From: Candidatus Dojkabacteria bacterium HGW-Dojkabacteria-1
GTDB lineage: Bacteria; Patescibacteriota; Dojkabacteria; SC72
Length of the DNA: 64,000 bases
Reading direction: 5' to 3'
Assembly (NCBI GenBank): GCA_002840365.1
Contig: PHAO01000001.1
Coordinates: 239,242 to 303,241, forward strand
Part shown: positions 1 to 10,164 of the stretch, one piece after another
Layout: every line of letters begins with the position of its first letter
How positions within the stretch are numbered: the first letter of the stretch is position 1
Translations under genes and position numbers: made by a program
Notes under the pieces: model-generated
What the model saw: only the letters and a program-made list of their open reading frames with translations
What the model was told of the DNA's origin: nothing
Database searches by the model: none

Positions 1-11
1 ATGTTGTAGAG

Positions 12-434
12 ATGTTTTCTTTAAAGAAGTATGAGAATGTAAGGAGATTGTTTAGAAGATCTTTAATATATTTTTTTACATTAGCTATCCTTTTTGTTCC
101 AATTGCAATGTTTTTAACTAAGATTGGAATAGAGATTCTTTTTCCACAGTATTCTAATGGTATATTGATGGCACTACTTTTACCTGTTGCACTAACATCT
201 GCAAAAGCGATACCTGTTTTAGTTATAAATACGGGGTTAATAGCTTCTACTGGGCATGCAAAATATATGGCTGTAGAGAATGTGGTTGTTGGTGTAATAA
301 ATGTTTTACTTAATATTTTTGTAATACAGATATATGGATATATTGGTGTAGTATGGGTTACCTTTATACTTCAGAGTATATCTTTAGTAGTGTTGTATAT
401 AGTGTATTACAAGAGGTTGAGGGAGTATTGTTAA
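12..434 (+). CDS. C-terminal fragment of a polytopic membrane protein, possibly a polysaccharide flippase (Wzx/MOP-like); the reading frame is open to the window edge, so the gene probably starts upstream
   Basis: 140 aa made almost entirely of hydrophobic TM-like segments; frame has no stop back to position 3; sits next to peptidase and envelope genes. Confidence 0.35.
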   Translation: MFSLKKYENVRRLFRRSLIYFFTLAILFVPIAMFLTKIGIEILFPQYSNGILMALLLPVALTSAKAIPVLVINTGLIASTGHAKYMAVENVVVGVINVLLNIFVIQIYGYIGVVWVTFILQSISLVVLYIVYYKRLREYC

Positions 435-457
435 TATAGTTTAATGTATAATGACGC

Positions 458-1600
458 ATGGAACCTACAGAGACAATAGGATGTGAAAAAACAGAAATGG
501 GTGAAGATTTGGCCTTTCTTAAAAGCAAGATAGAGGAAGTGCATTTTGATCCTTATAGAAATGTTGATGAGCAAACATTTTCACAATCCCTGAATAGAGT
601 AGGATTTGTGGAGAAAAGGTATAGAGAAATAGCTATACAAGAATCTATAGCTTTACTTGGAGATGCACATACTACAGTCTGTAATTTTAGATTTGGCGAA
701 TTATTTCCAGTACGATATCAAGAAATAGGTGGATATTTTTATATTATTGGGGCTCCTGACATAGGAGACCATGTTGTTGGAAGGGAAGTCCGAGGGATAA
801 ATGGTCACAGTATCGAAGATATTGTTAAGAAAGTTAAATCTCTTTCATCAAAGGAAGGACCAGAGGTACTTTTGAGAGATCTTGCTTGGTATTTACAATC
901 AAATATGATACTTAGGTATTATGGTTTCTCAGATGGCAAAGAAGTGTCTCTTGACACAGATAACGGACAAATTCCACTAAAAGTAAGTCAAAAATTAGCT
1001 AATAATCTACAAAGGCTTGACCCTCTGAAATGGATACCTACGGATGTAGATGATGATGAAACATATTTTGGAAACCCATTGTATCAATTTCGTATTTTTG
1101 GTAATACCCTGTTCTTTAAATATAACGATTGTACTAATTCAGGATATTCGAAAGAATATTTGGAAAAATTTAAAGATCGGTTATTAGAGGAGGCAAGAAT
1201 TTGTCAAACACTTGTGGTTGATTTAAGGTCAAACGATGGAGGGAGTACTGAGGTGATGTGGGACTTGTTCGAGAGGTTGCCTGATGATAGGAAAATATAT
1301 GTTGCAATCGGTAGAAGAACATTTTCTTCTGCTATGCATCATCTTCTCTATTTGAAAAATTCAAAAGGAGCAACATTAATAGGTGAGAATGCGGGTCAAA
1401 AGCCGAACAGATTCGGAGATAGTTATCACTTTACTCTACCAAATTCAAAAATTAGGATGAAATCATCCTTCAAATATTTTGAATTACTTCCAGGTCAAGA
1501 TATTGAAGTAGTGGAGCCTGATATTCGGATTCCCCTTACTATTGAAGATTATGTGAATGGTACAGACCCCCTTGAGAAATGGATAAAAGAGATGCGCTAA
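458..1600 (+). CDS. S41-family (C-terminal processing / tricorn-like) serine peptidase, no obvious PDZ domain
   Basis: VDLRSNDGGS motif (S41 DLRxNxGG) and TFSSAM segment resembling the Ser-nucleophile region; 380 aa. Confidence 0.55.
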   Translation: MEPTETIGCEKTEMGEDLAFLKSKIEEVHFDPYRNVDEQTFSQSLNRVGFVEKRYREIAIQESIALLGDAHTTVCNFRFGELFPVRYQEIGGYFYIIGAPDIGDHVVGREVRGINGHSIEDIVKKVKSLSSKEGPEVLLRDLAWYLQSNMILRYYGFSDGKEVSLDTDNGQIPLKVSQKLANNLQRLDPLKWIPTDVDDDETYFGNPLYQFRIFGNTLFFKYNDCTNSGYSKEYLEKFKDRLLEEARICQTLVVDLRSNDGGSTEVMWDLFERLPDDRKIYVAIGRRTFSSAMHHLLYLKNSKGATLIGENAGQKPNRFGDSYHFTLPNSKIRMKSSFKYFELLPGQDIEVVEPDIRIPLTIEDYVNGTDPLEKWIKEMR

Positions 1601-2212
1601 TTACATAGTGTATACCCTTAATAGATTTTCTTCTGTAAGTAATATTAATCTCTTTTGCCCTACTGAAATATTTGTATACTCTGGTAATCCATCAATCCTT
1701 TTTCCCTTAGAATTTTGTACCTCCAGTAATTCTCCATTTTCAATATTTAATTTGTACGTTCTTCCTTCTAAGAAAGAATATGCATTTTGTAAAATAATAA
1801 AATTTTTCTTACACACAATTGGTATGACAGTAGGAAAGATATCCTTTTTAAAAAGTAAGTTCTCTTTTGAATCATACAAAGATATGGAAGTGCTAAATTC
1901 ATCCATACTCTTTATACTTCTATGCTCATACTCACACCTTAGTAATTCTCTCTCATAGCCATAGATACAGTTGTAACATACCTCTAAGATATTCTTAGTT
2001 CTGTTCTCCAGGTTATATATCTCAGAATTGGTGGTATATGAAAGTAATACATTGTCATGTGATATCCAATATATATTTAGAGGAACTTGTTCTGTGTTAA
2101 GTACATATTCAAAGAAAGGCTCTTTCTTTGTTTGGAAGATTGTTAAAAGTAACAACAGGATATTTTCAATCATGTATATATTTTCAAAAATTAGGATGAG
2201 GATTTTCACCAC
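1601..2212 (-). CDS. hypothetical protein, overlaps the 3' end of the upstream M23 peptidase gene (operonic)
   Basis: 203-aa ORF on the same strand, overlapping 2184..3602 by 29 nt; no recognisable motifs. Confidence 0.4.
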   Translation of the reverse strand: MVKILILIFENIYMIENILLLLLTIFQTKKEPFFEYVLNTEQVPLNIYWISHDNVLLSYTTNSEIYNLENRTKNILEVCYNCIYGYERELLRCEYEHRSIKSMDEFSTSISLYDSKENLLFKKDIFPTVIPIVCKKNFIILQNAYSFLEGRTYKLNIENGELLEVQNSKGKRIDGLPEYTNISVGQKRLILLTEENLLRVYTM

Positions 2213-3602
2213 TTAATCGATCAGGGAAGATATCTTTACCAATCGTAGGAATCATATTCCAATCCACATCAATATATTCAACAGGATTTGTATGTGTAGA
2301 AGAACTTAATCCTTTCCTTGTTTCGAAATGAAGATGATATCCAAGATTTTGACAATTCCATTTCCCACTGTTTCCACTAATACCTAGTACTTGATTTCTT
2401 TTTACAGACTCACCAATCTTTACACTGTAGGAATTCAAATGAAAGTAGGTGGAGTACATTCCATTCTTGTGCTTAAGGATTACAAAGTTACCACCTTGAT
2501 TACACTCCCCTCCATACTTGTCATATCCCACATTAACTACTGTAGCATCTGCAATACTTACGACTTTGTTTAGTTTTGCTCCAAAATCGATTCCCTTGTG
2601 TGGGCATTGATACTTTGTACACCCATACCACTGTGTAACCCCAAGATATCTTTCTAATGGGAAAGAGAACGGCTTAATCACAGGCGTAGCCTTTTGCATA
2701 GATATGGGTACTTTCTTTGTATATATTAAATCTACCCAAATATCTCTTTTGAATGAAAGATATATATTAAGCACAAAAGTTACTTTTTTCGAAGAGATAT
2801 CTGTATTGAATATTGTGTTGGTGAAGAATGCAGAATCCTTGAAACCAAAAGAGGAATTCTTTTGGTACATACCATCGACTTCAATATATCCATAGTAGAT
2901 TGGTTGAAGATTTCTTAGCTTCTTCTCAATTAATACCTGTTTGCATTTTCCCCAAGTATCAAAGTCTAGAAGAGAAAAAGGTTTGCACTCATATACATAT
3001 GTCTCTACTGATATTTCTTTTCTGTATATGCCATCTAAAGAAAGAGAGAAGTAGGTATTCCAATCTAAATACTTTGTATTCGTAATAGAAATACCTAAAT
3101 CACAATCAAGACTCTGTATTGAGTATGTCTCTTTCTTTAATATTGAAAGAGTACATTGGGTAGTATTGTTTTCTTGTATACCTTTTACTTCGGGAATATC
3201 TACAATTCTTGGCTCCTCATATATTTCTGTAAGAACAGATCTTTTTTCTACTGGGGGAAGGACCGGAGTAGGAATATCTTCAGGAGTATCTGGTATTTGT
3301 GGAGGGGTATAGGTTTTGTCAAAGAAGAAACAATCCAAGTCTTTGTAGTAGTAATCTTCCCTATCAATATATTTGTATCTCAGCCTCCTACAGTAGAAGG
3401 AGTTTTCTAAATGATATGTATATTCATATGTATTTGTCGTTGGCCAATGAGATATTTCAATATATTTAAAATCTTGCGTATATGAATATTGCAACTCATA
3501 TTCAATATTGTTGCCTAATGATTCCCACTCTGTTTTAAGAGGTAATTGAGAATATGTTGGGTATGAAATATTTAGTACAGTTGCAAATATTAGTGGTATC
3601 AT
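2184..3602 (-). CDS. secreted M23-family (LytM-type) metallo-endopeptidase
   Basis: N-terminal signal peptide; C-terminal HKGIDFGA ... NSGKWNCQNLGYHLHFE segment matching the M23 HxxxD / HxH metal-binding pattern. Confidence 0.75.
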   Translation of the reverse strand: MIPLIFATVLNISYPTYSQLPLKTEWESLGNNIEYELQYSYTQDFKYIEISHWPTTNTYEYTYHLENSFYCRRLRYKYIDREDYYYKDLDCFFFDKTYTPPQIPDTPEDIPTPVLPPVEKRSVLTEIYEEPRIVDIPEVKGIQENNTTQCTLSILKKETYSIQSLDCDLGISITNTKYLDWNTYFSLSLDGIYRKEISVETYVYECKPFSLLDFDTWGKCKQVLIEKKLRNLQPIYYGYIEVDGMYQKNSSFGFKDSAFFTNTIFNTDISSKKVTFVLNIYLSFKRDIWVDLIYTKKVPISMQKATPVIKPFSFPLERYLGVTQWYGCTKYQCPHKGIDFGAKLNKVVSIADATVVNVGYDKYGGECNQGGNFVILKHKNGMYSTYFHLNSYSVKIGESVKRNQVLGISGNSGKWNCQNLGYHLHFETRKGLSSSTHTNPVEYIDVDWNMIPTIGKDIFPDRLSGENPHPNF

Positions 3603-3689
3603 ATATACCTACATTGTTTCATCTAAAGATGAAGAAATCTTTAAAGAAATATTTTTGTACTAAGTAAAATATTGATATAATCGAGAGCT

Positions 3690-6626
3690 ATGATAAAACT
3701 ACTAGAAGGTCTTTTTGACTCTAACGAAAAACAACTTAAAAAAATTCAACTAATTGTAAATGAGATTAACTCCTTAGAAGAGGAAATGAGTAAGCTCTCT
3801 GATGAGAAGCTTAAGAAGAAAACAGAAGAGTTTAGAAAGATACTTAATGTAGACTTAGAACAATCAAGAAAAGATTTCTATGAACTCAGTAGAGAAGAAC
3901 TTAAGAAAATACTGGATGAAGAGAAAAAAGTCCTTAGAGAAATACTACCTCAAGCATTTGCAGTAGTAAGGGAAGCATCAAAGAGGGTTGCTAATCACAG
4001 ACACTTTGATGTTCAGGCAATGGCTGGATATGTATTGTTTGATAACAAGGTTGCTGAGCTGTTTACGGGTGAAGGTAAAACATTAGCAGCTAATATGCCT
4101 CTTTACCTGTATGCATTAACAGGTAGGGGAGCACATTTAGTTACTGTAAATGATTACCTTGCAAGAAGAGATGCAGAATGGAATGGGCATATATTAAATA
4201 GTCTTGGTATGACTGTCGCAGCTATTAACTCTGGTACACAGTATAGATATATTACTGATGAAGAGGTTCTTAAGCTCAAAGGGGATGAAGGTAAAGAGCT
4301 AATTGAGCAAAGAGAGAAAAAAGCTAAAGAGGCGGGTAGACTTAAGTATGATCATATGAGTGGTGTAAATCTAATTGAGTGTAGTAAAAAAGAAGCATAT
4401 GACTGTGATGTTGTATATGGTACTAACAATGAATATGGTTTTGATTACTTAAGAGACAATATGGTTGCCAGTTTAGCTGAGAGAGTTCAGGGTCCTAGAT
4501 ATTTTGCAATTGTAGACGAAGCAGACTCCATTTTGATTGATGAAGCTAGAACTCCTTTAATCATTTCTACTAGTGCAGAGGCATCTAATGAGATGTACAA
4601 ACAGTTTGCTAATTTAGCTAAGTCTTTACAAAAAGAAAAGCACTATACAGTAGATGAAAAATCTAATTCTGTATCCTTAAACGATGAGGGTATTGATGCA
4701 GTAGAGAAACTTCTGAAGGTTAAGAATGTATATGAGAATGCACAACTGGCATATCATTTAGACAATGCACTCAAAGCAAAAGAGCTCTACAAACTTGATG
4801 ATGAATATATGATTAAGGATGGTGAGGTATTAATAGTTGATGAGTTTACAGGAAGAGCTTTACCTGGAAGAAGATACAGTGAGGGATTACATCAAGCAAT
4901 AGAGGCTAAGGAAGGTGTAGAGGTTAAACGTGAGAGTAGAACCATGGCAACCATTACACTACAGAACTACTTTAGGTTGTATTCATACCTTTCAGGTATG
5001 ACAGGTACAGCACTTACTGAAGCTGAAGAGTTTGCATCCATTTATAATCTGGATACCATTGTTGTTCCTACTAACAGGCCTGTTGTAAGAAAGGACTACA
5101 ATGATGTTGTTTACAGAACAATGATGGGTAAATTCGAAGCTATCGTTGAAGATATTAAAGAACACAATGCAAAGGGGCAACCCATACTTGTTGGTACTAC
5201 ATCGGTAGAGAAGTCTGAGGCCTTGTCTATGATGCTTTCTAAAGAAGGTATTGCTCATGAGGTCTTAAATGCAAAACATCACGAGAGAGAGGCTAAGATA
5301 GTGTCAGAAGCAGGTCAAAAAGGCGCAGTTACAATTGCTACAAATATGGCAGGTAGAGGTACAGATATTGCTTTAGGTGAAGGAGTTAAGGAAGCTGGCG
5401 GATTGTATATCATTGGTTCAGAAAGACATGAATCTAGAAGAATAGATAACCAGTTAAGAGGTAGAGCAGGAAGACAGGGTGATCCAGGTGAATCAAAGTT
5501 CTTTGTATCATTCGAAGATGAACTGATGAGACTTTTTGGTGGAGAAAGAATGCAAGCAGTAATGACTCAAGCAGGACTTGAGGATGATATGCCAATATCA
5601 ATGGGTATACTAGGTAAAACTATAGAGAATGCTCAAAAGAAAGTAGAAGCTCACAACTATGATATTCGTAAAAGACTTGTTGAATATGATGATGTTTTAA
5701 ACAAACAAAGAAATATCATATATGATTTAAGAGCTAAGGTATTAGAAATATCTAGTGAGAGAAAGGAAACTGAAGAAATATCTTTAGAAAAAGATATTAA
5801 ATATACAACTAATTTAGATATTGAAAACCTTCAAGATATATTAGATGGTTTCGCAGTAACGAAGAAGGATACTTGGGATATTCAACAGCTAGAGGGATTA
5901 AAATTTAAACTTAATCCTTTGGATATATCCATTTTAAAGAAACTACTTGAATACATAGATATGCTTGTTCAAGCACAGCTTGAAGATGATATGGAGATAG
6001 ATAACATTGAGGAGAGAAATTTGTATATACAGGTAAAAAACTTACTTACAGAAGAGATATTTGAAAAAGGAGTAAAAGATCTTTCATTTAAAAACAGTAT
6101 TGAATTTTTTAGAAGTTTAGAAGGAAAGAGTATTACTGATATTAGTAAAGAATTAAAAAGATTGATATTTGTATCATATATTGAGCATATATATTCGATA
6201 GGGGTAGAGCCAATGAGGGAGCTATCTAAGGTACTAATACTTCAGGGGATAGACAGATATTGGATGGAACATCTTGATAATATGCAAGACTTAAGAGAGG
6301 GTATTTCTTTACGTAATCTTGCTCAAAGAGATCCTTTAGTAGAATACAAAAATGAAGGTTTCAGACTGTTTGATTCCATGCTAAGAAGTATTGATGAAAA
6401 TACTGTTAGTAGATTCTTCAAGGTAAGGGTGGTAAGAAATCAAAGTCCTTTACAAGCACCAATACAAACAGAAAAAGAAGAGGTAAGGAGTTTAACAGAC
6501 AACAGGCCAGGTAATGTAAGTAAGCAACAAACCGTTAAGAGAAGTAAGAAGGTAGGACGTAATGATCCTTGCCCATGTGGTAGTGGAAAGAAGTACAAGA
6601 AGTGTCATTATCCTGAATTTGAATAG
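3690..6626 (+). CDS. secA: preprotein translocase ATPase SecA (978 aa, with lineage-specific insertions)
   Basis: Full-length SecA architecture readable in the translation: NBD1 Walker A (TGEGKT), DEAD-like [17 protein letters not shown], and a C-terminal zinc finger [13 protein letters not shown]. Confidence 0.97.
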   Translation: MIKLLEGLFDSNEKQLKKIQLIVNEINSLEEEMSKLSDEKLKKKTEEFRKILNVDLEQSRKDFYELSREELKKILDEEKKVLREILPQAFAVVREASKRVANHRHFDVQAMAGYVLFDNKVAELFTGEGKTLAANMPLYLYALTGRGAHLVTVNDYLARRDAEWNGHILNSLGMTVAAINSGTQYRYITDEEVLKLKGDEGKELIEQREKKAKEAGRLKYDHMSGVNLIECSKKEAYDCDVVYGTNNEYGFDYLRDNMVASLAERVQGPRYFAIVDEADSILIDEARTPLIISTSAEASNEMYKQFANLAKSLQKEKHYTVDEKSNSVSLNDEGIDAVEKLLKVKNVYENAQLAYHLDNALKAKELYKLDDEYMIKDGEVLIVDEFTGRALPGRRYSEGLHQAIEAKEGVEVKRESRTMATITLQNYFRLYSYLSGMTGTALTEAEEFASIYNLDTIVVPTNRPVVRKDYNDVVYRTMMGKFEAIVEDIKEHNAKGQPILVGTTSVEKSEALSMMLSKEGIAHEVLNAKHHEREAKIVSEAGQKGAVTIATNMAGRGTDIALGEGVKEAGGLYIIGSERHESRRIDNQLRGRAGRQGDPGESKFFVSFEDELMRLFGGERMQAVMTQAGLEDDMPISMGILGKTIENAQKKVEAHNYDIRKRLVEYDDVLNKQRNIIYDLRAKVLEISSERKETEEISLEKDIKYTTNLDIENLQDILDGFAVTKKDTWDIQQLEGLKFKLNPLDISILKKLLEYIDMLVQAQLEDDMEIDNIEERNLYIQVKNLLTEEIFEKGVKDLSFKNSIEFFRSLEGKSITDISKELKRLIFVSYIEHIYSIGVEPMRELSKVLILQGIDRYWMEHLDNMQDLREGISLRNLAQRDPLVEYKNEGFRLFDSMLRSIDENTVSRFFKVRVVRNQSPLQAPIQTEKEEVRSLTDNRPGNVSKQQTVKRSKKVGRNDPCPCGSGKKYKKCHYPEFE

Positions 6627-6643
6627 CTATTATTATGGGTTTA

Positions 6644-6670
6644 TTGACCTATCTCTCTTAATTGTAATAT
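6644..6670 (+). promoter_or_regulatory. candidate sigma70-type promoter (TTGACC ... TAATAT) between secA and the next gene
   Basis: TTGACC at 6644-6649 and TAATAT at 6665-6670 with a 15-nt spacer, TG immediately upstream of the -10; spacer is shorter than optimal. Confidence 0.2.
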
Positions 6671-6704
6671 CCTAGATTACTGTAATCAGTTATCGGTTAT
6701 AATT

Positions 6705-7199
6705 ATGTCAAATCATGAAAATACAAAGAAGGTAGTTACCCAGCGACAAAGTGTACATGTAGTTTTTTTCTCCTGTCCTGATTGTGGTGAAGAAACCGAA
6801 CATATTCAACTCTGTCCAGATTGTTCCAAACCAATGAGGGTAATAGATGTCGTTGAGAAGTTTGGAGATGATGCAGATGCATTTTTAAAAAAAGTTCAAG
6901 AGAAGATTGAGAATGGTACTTTTAAAAAAGATGATTTAATAGCTGTAGATGAAGAAGAACAACCTAATGTCATTGTCCTTGCAGACGATGATTCATTAGA
7001 TGATGGAGCTGTTGTTGATGATGGTGTTGACACATTAGGAGATATATTTCCTGATGATGAAGATGATGAGAAAGTTACCTCTTCTGCCCCAGAGGGTCTA
7101 ACAGATTTAGACGACATTGTCGCAGAATTAGATAAGGAAGAGGATGACGACTTCCCACTTGTTGATGACTTGGGGGATGAGGGTCTTCCAGAGCTTTAA
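6705..7199 (+). CDS. small zinc-ribbon protein with a long poly-acidic (Asp/Glu-rich) C-terminal tail
   Basis: CPDCGEETEH...CPDCSKP (CxxC-N11-CxxC) followed by about 90 residues dominated by D/E; stop overlaps the start of the next gene. Confidence 0.5.
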   Translation: MSNHENTKKVVTQRQSVHVVFFSCPDCGEETEHIQLCPDCSKPMRVIDVVEKFGDDADAFLKKVQEKIENGTFKKDDLIAVDEEEQPNVIVLADDDSLDDGAVVDDGVDTLGDIFPDDEDDEKVTSSAPEGLTDLDDIVAELDKEEDDDFPLVDDLGDEGLPEL

Positions 7200-8347
7200 T
7201 GCAAGAAAAATATTTCAAAAGAGTTGCTGTAATTGCTGATCAAATGACTTCCTTTGGTGGTGCTGATAGGGAGATGTTTTCAATGTTAAAACTTTTTCCT
7301 AATGCAGATATATATACCATTGCATTTGATGCAAACAAATATATTGGTATAAAGCAGAGGGTATATACAAGCTTTGTACAAAGAATACCTAAACCAAAAT
7401 CATTCTACAGACATTTAAAAATATTAACACCATGGGCATATGAAAGCTTTGATTTAAGGAAATACGACCTTGTAATTAGCATCTCAGCTGGTCCGGCAAG
7501 GGGAGTAATTACTGGTATATATCAACCCCATATCGCAATGGTAATGACCCCACCAAGAAGTCTTTGGGACAATGAACTTAATGTAAGAGCCTCTCGGTTA
7601 AAGAATATCTACAAACCAATTTCAACAATATTAAACACATATATGCGTATATGGGATTTAAGTATTTCTAAACGTGTAGATTACTGGACTGCTAATTCGA
7701 AATATATTGCAAAGAAAATACTAAAGAGATATGGGACTAATGCTACAGTAATATATCCTGGAATTTCAAAAGAGAGTTTTGAAAAAGTATCTAAGGAGCA
7801 GAAAAGAAAGATTTGTGAAAAGTACGACATAGAAGGAGAGTTTGTTCTTGTTGTATCTCGTTTGTACGATTACAAAAGAATAGATTGGGCAATACGAGCA
7901 TGTTTAAAAGCAGGTAAGCAATTAGTAATAGTTGGAGAAGGTCCAGATATGAAATATCTAAAGAGTATAGCTAATGGAAATACTCTAATTAAGTTCCTTG
8001 GATTTGTAGAAGATGATAGCGAAGTAAGAGTGTTTTTTAATATTGCAGAAGTATTACTCTTTTGTGGTATAGAGGATTTTGGATTGGTACCTGTAGAAGC
8101 TATGGCACAGGGGACACCAGTTTTTGCATATGAAGAGGGTGGCGTATTAGAAACAGTTAAGAGAGGTATATGTGGAGAATTTTTCAAAGATGAAAAAGAA
8201 TTAACTAAACTACTTAAGAATTTTAAGAAGAGAAGGTATAATCCTAGAGAGATTGTTAAAAGGGCACAGGAATTTACAGAAGAAAAGTTCTTAAATAATC
8301 TAGAAGAATATATTAAAAAAGTATATGACACAGAAAGAAAAAAGTAG
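7199..8347 (+). CDS. GT4-family glycosyltransferase
   Basis: EDFGLVPVEAMAQGTPVFAYEEGGVLETV, the canonical GT4 (E-x7-E) C-terminal motif. Confidence 0.85.
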   Translation: MQEKYFKRVAVIADQMTSFGGADREMFSMLKLFPNADIYTIAFDANKYIGIKQRVYTSFVQRIPKPKSFYRHLKILTPWAYESFDLRKYDLVISISAGPARGVITGIYQPHIAMVMTPPRSLWDNELNVRASRLKNIYKPISTILNTYMRIWDLSISKRVDYWTANSKYIAKKILKRYGTNATVIYPGISKESFEKVSKEQKRKICEKYDIEGEFVLVVSRLYDYKRIDWAIRACLKAGKQLVIVGEGPDMKYLKSIANGNTLIKFLGFVEDDSEVRVFFNIAEVLLFCGIEDFGLVPVEAMAQGTPVFAYEEGGVLETVKRGICGEFFKDEKELTKLLKNFKKRRYNPREIVKRAQEFTEEKFLNNLEEYIKKVYDTERKK

Positions 8348-9497
8348 TACATACAAGATAGCGGTAGTAGCAGATCCTCTTTACAAATATGGTGGAGCAG
8401 AGAAACATCTAGGAGATATACTTAGAGCTTTTCCAAACAGTACTCTTTTTACTGCATTTTGTGATAGGGATTTTGTTAAAAAATACTATCCTAATGTTGA
8501 AATTAAAACTTCCTTTATGCAATATATACCGGGAAAGTTTAAGTTCAGATATTTTCTTCAGTTAATACAACCTCTAGCTTACAAATCTTTTAGATACAAA
8601 GGATATGATGCGATAGTTTCAATATCTATTGCCTTTGCAAAATTCACAAGAGGAAATATTCCACATATAAATATATGTATGTCTCCTACGAAGTTCTTCT
8701 GGGAGAAAGAGGGTAGAACACTTAAGGAGAACAATCAATTAAAAGGAATTAATAGATTCCTATTTAGCTTCTACTCCTTCTTTATGGATACCTTCTTAGA
8801 AGATATCTGGAAAGGGTGGGATAAGGGTGCAGCTCAAAAAGTAGATAAAATGATAGCTATATCAAAAGCAGTTCAAAAGCGTATTAAAAAGTATTACCAA
8901 AGAGATAGTGATGTAATATATCCTCCTGTTGAAGTAAAAGCTATTCAAGAATTAACTAAAGTAAATAGGAAAGAAAACTGGTTTCTGTATCTTGGAAGAG
9001 TAGAAACATACAAAGGAGTAGAGCTTGCAATAAGGGCAGCTCATGATGCTAAGGTACCACTTAAGATTGCAGGTATAGGGGATGATTTAGAAAGAATGAA
9101 GGAGTTGGTAAAGGAATTAAATGCAAAGGGTTATGTCAAATTCTTGGGTTTTGTTTCAGAAGAGGAGAAACTAGAATTACTTTCTAAAGCTAAGGCTTTG
9201 ATTTTTCCTGTTAGGGGAGAAGACTTTGGTATTGTCCCTGTAGAAGCCAATGCAGCTGGTACCCCCGTTATTGCTTACAGAGATGGTGGTGTAGTTGAAA
9301 CTATTTCGGATATTAATCCTAAGAGTGGAGAGTTTTTCAAAAAGTATGATTACAAATCTCTTGCAAGGATACTTAAGAAATTTGATGGAAGACAGTACAA
9401 GGCAGAAAACTGTAGAAAACAAGCAAGTAACTTTGCAGTAGAAATCTTTATTTACAAGCTACAAAGGTATGTAGATGATGCTATACAGAATCGTTAA
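8325..9497 (+). CDS. GT4-family glycosyltransferase (second copy, overlapping start with upstream gene)
   Basis: EDFGIVPVEANAAGTPVIAYRDGGVVETI GT4 motif; translationally coupled to 7199..8347. Confidence 0.85.
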   Translation: MTQKEKSSTYKIAVVADPLYKYGGAEKHLGDILRAFPNSTLFTAFCDRDFVKKYYPNVEIKTSFMQYIPGKFKFRYFLQLIQPLAYKSFRYKGYDAIVSISIAFAKFTRGNIPHINICMSPTKFFWEKEGRTLKENNQLKGINRFLFSFYSFFMDTFLEDIWKGWDKGAAQKVDKMIAISKAVQKRIKKYYQRDSDVIYPPVEVKAIQELTKVNRKENWFLYLGRVETYKGVELAIRAAHDAKVPLKIAGIGDDLERMKELVKELNAKGYVKFLGFVSEEEKLELLSKAKALIFPVRGEDFGIVPVEANAAGTPVIAYRDGGVVETISDINPKSGEFFKKYDYKSLARILKKFDGRQYKAENCRKQASNFAVEIFIYKLQRYVDDAIQNR

Positions 9498-10107
9498 AAG
9501 AATCCTTGATTTAATACTAGCCACAGTACTTTGGATACTTACATCTCCATTAATGTTGTTGATTTCGATATTGATAAAGGTGTCTGATGGAGGTGAGGTG
9601 TTTGTTGGTACCCCTATTAGATATGGTCTGAATGGGAAATCATTCTTTATGTACAAATTTCGTACAATGATTCCGAATGCTCATCATATTGCGATGAACA
9701 ATGGTGAAATCAAAGACAAACTTTTAGGTAATCACAAGCTTGAGGGTGATATGAGAGTAACAAAGATTGGAAAGATATTGAGAAATACAGACTTGGATGA
9801 ATTACCTCAACTTATAAATGTAATTCTTGGTCAAATGAGTATGGTTGGTCCTAGGCCTTTTTATGAGGAGGAGGTTCTACATCACTTAGAGAAATATCCA
9901 GAAGACAAAAAATATTTTGAAGTCATCTTTAAATCGAAGCCTGGATTAACTGGCATCTGGCAAGTATCAGGCAGGAATGAAATACCTTTTAGAAAGAGAC
10001 TACAAATGGAGAGTGAATATGCTCTTAAACCTAGTATACTTAAGGATATGTACATATTTCTAAAAACTCCAATAATCGTCCTTACAAGAAAAGGTGCTCT
10101 TCAGTAG
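9475..10107 (+). CDS. bacterial sugar transferase (undecaprenyl-phosphate phosphoglycosyl transferase, short WbaP/WcaJ C-terminal-domain type)
   Basis: Single N-terminal TM helix then YKFRTM ... DELPQLINVILGQMSMVGPRP, the PF02397 signature. Confidence 0.85.
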   Translation: MMLYRIVKRILDLILATVLWILTSPLMLLISILIKVSDGGEVFVGTPIRYGLNGKSFFMYKFRTMIPNAHHIAMNNGEIKDKLLGNHKLEGDMRVTKIGKILRNTDLDELPQLINVILGQMSMVGPRPFYEEEVLHHLEKYPEDKKYFEVIFKSKPGLTGIWQVSGRNEIPFRKRLQMESEYALKPSILKDMYIFLKTPIIVLTRKGALQ

Positions 10108-10120
10108 ACCCGGGTCTACT
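10103..10120. repeat. perfect 18-bp palindrome AGTAGACCCGGGTCTACT overlapping the TAG stop codon of the sugar transferase
   Basis: Sequence is its own reverse complement; a near-identical copy (AGTAGACTAGGGTCTACT) is at 15996..16013. Confidence 0.8.
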
Positions 10121-10148
10121 AATATGTCTTAATATAGATAGATAAAAA

Positions 10149-10162
10149 TAGACTAGAGTCTA
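10149..10162. promoter_or_regulatory. inverted repeat TAGACT-AG-AGTCTA ending 3 nt upstream of the recO start codon; candidate operator
   Basis: 6-bp arms sharing the TAGAC/GTCTA core with the 10103 palindrome. Confidence 0.35.
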
Positions 10163-10164
10163 CT

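Noticed and set aside
1608-2216. Plus-strand ORFs 1608..1958 and 2028..2216
   Set aside because: Antisense to the 203-aa and M23 peptidase genes. No RBS, low-complexity translations.
4992-5258. 88-aa minus-strand ORF
   Set aside because: Lies antisense within secA.
7870-8352. 160-aa minus-strand ORF
   Set aside because: Antisense to the GT4 glycosyltransferase gene. Low-complexity Ser/Leu-rich translation.
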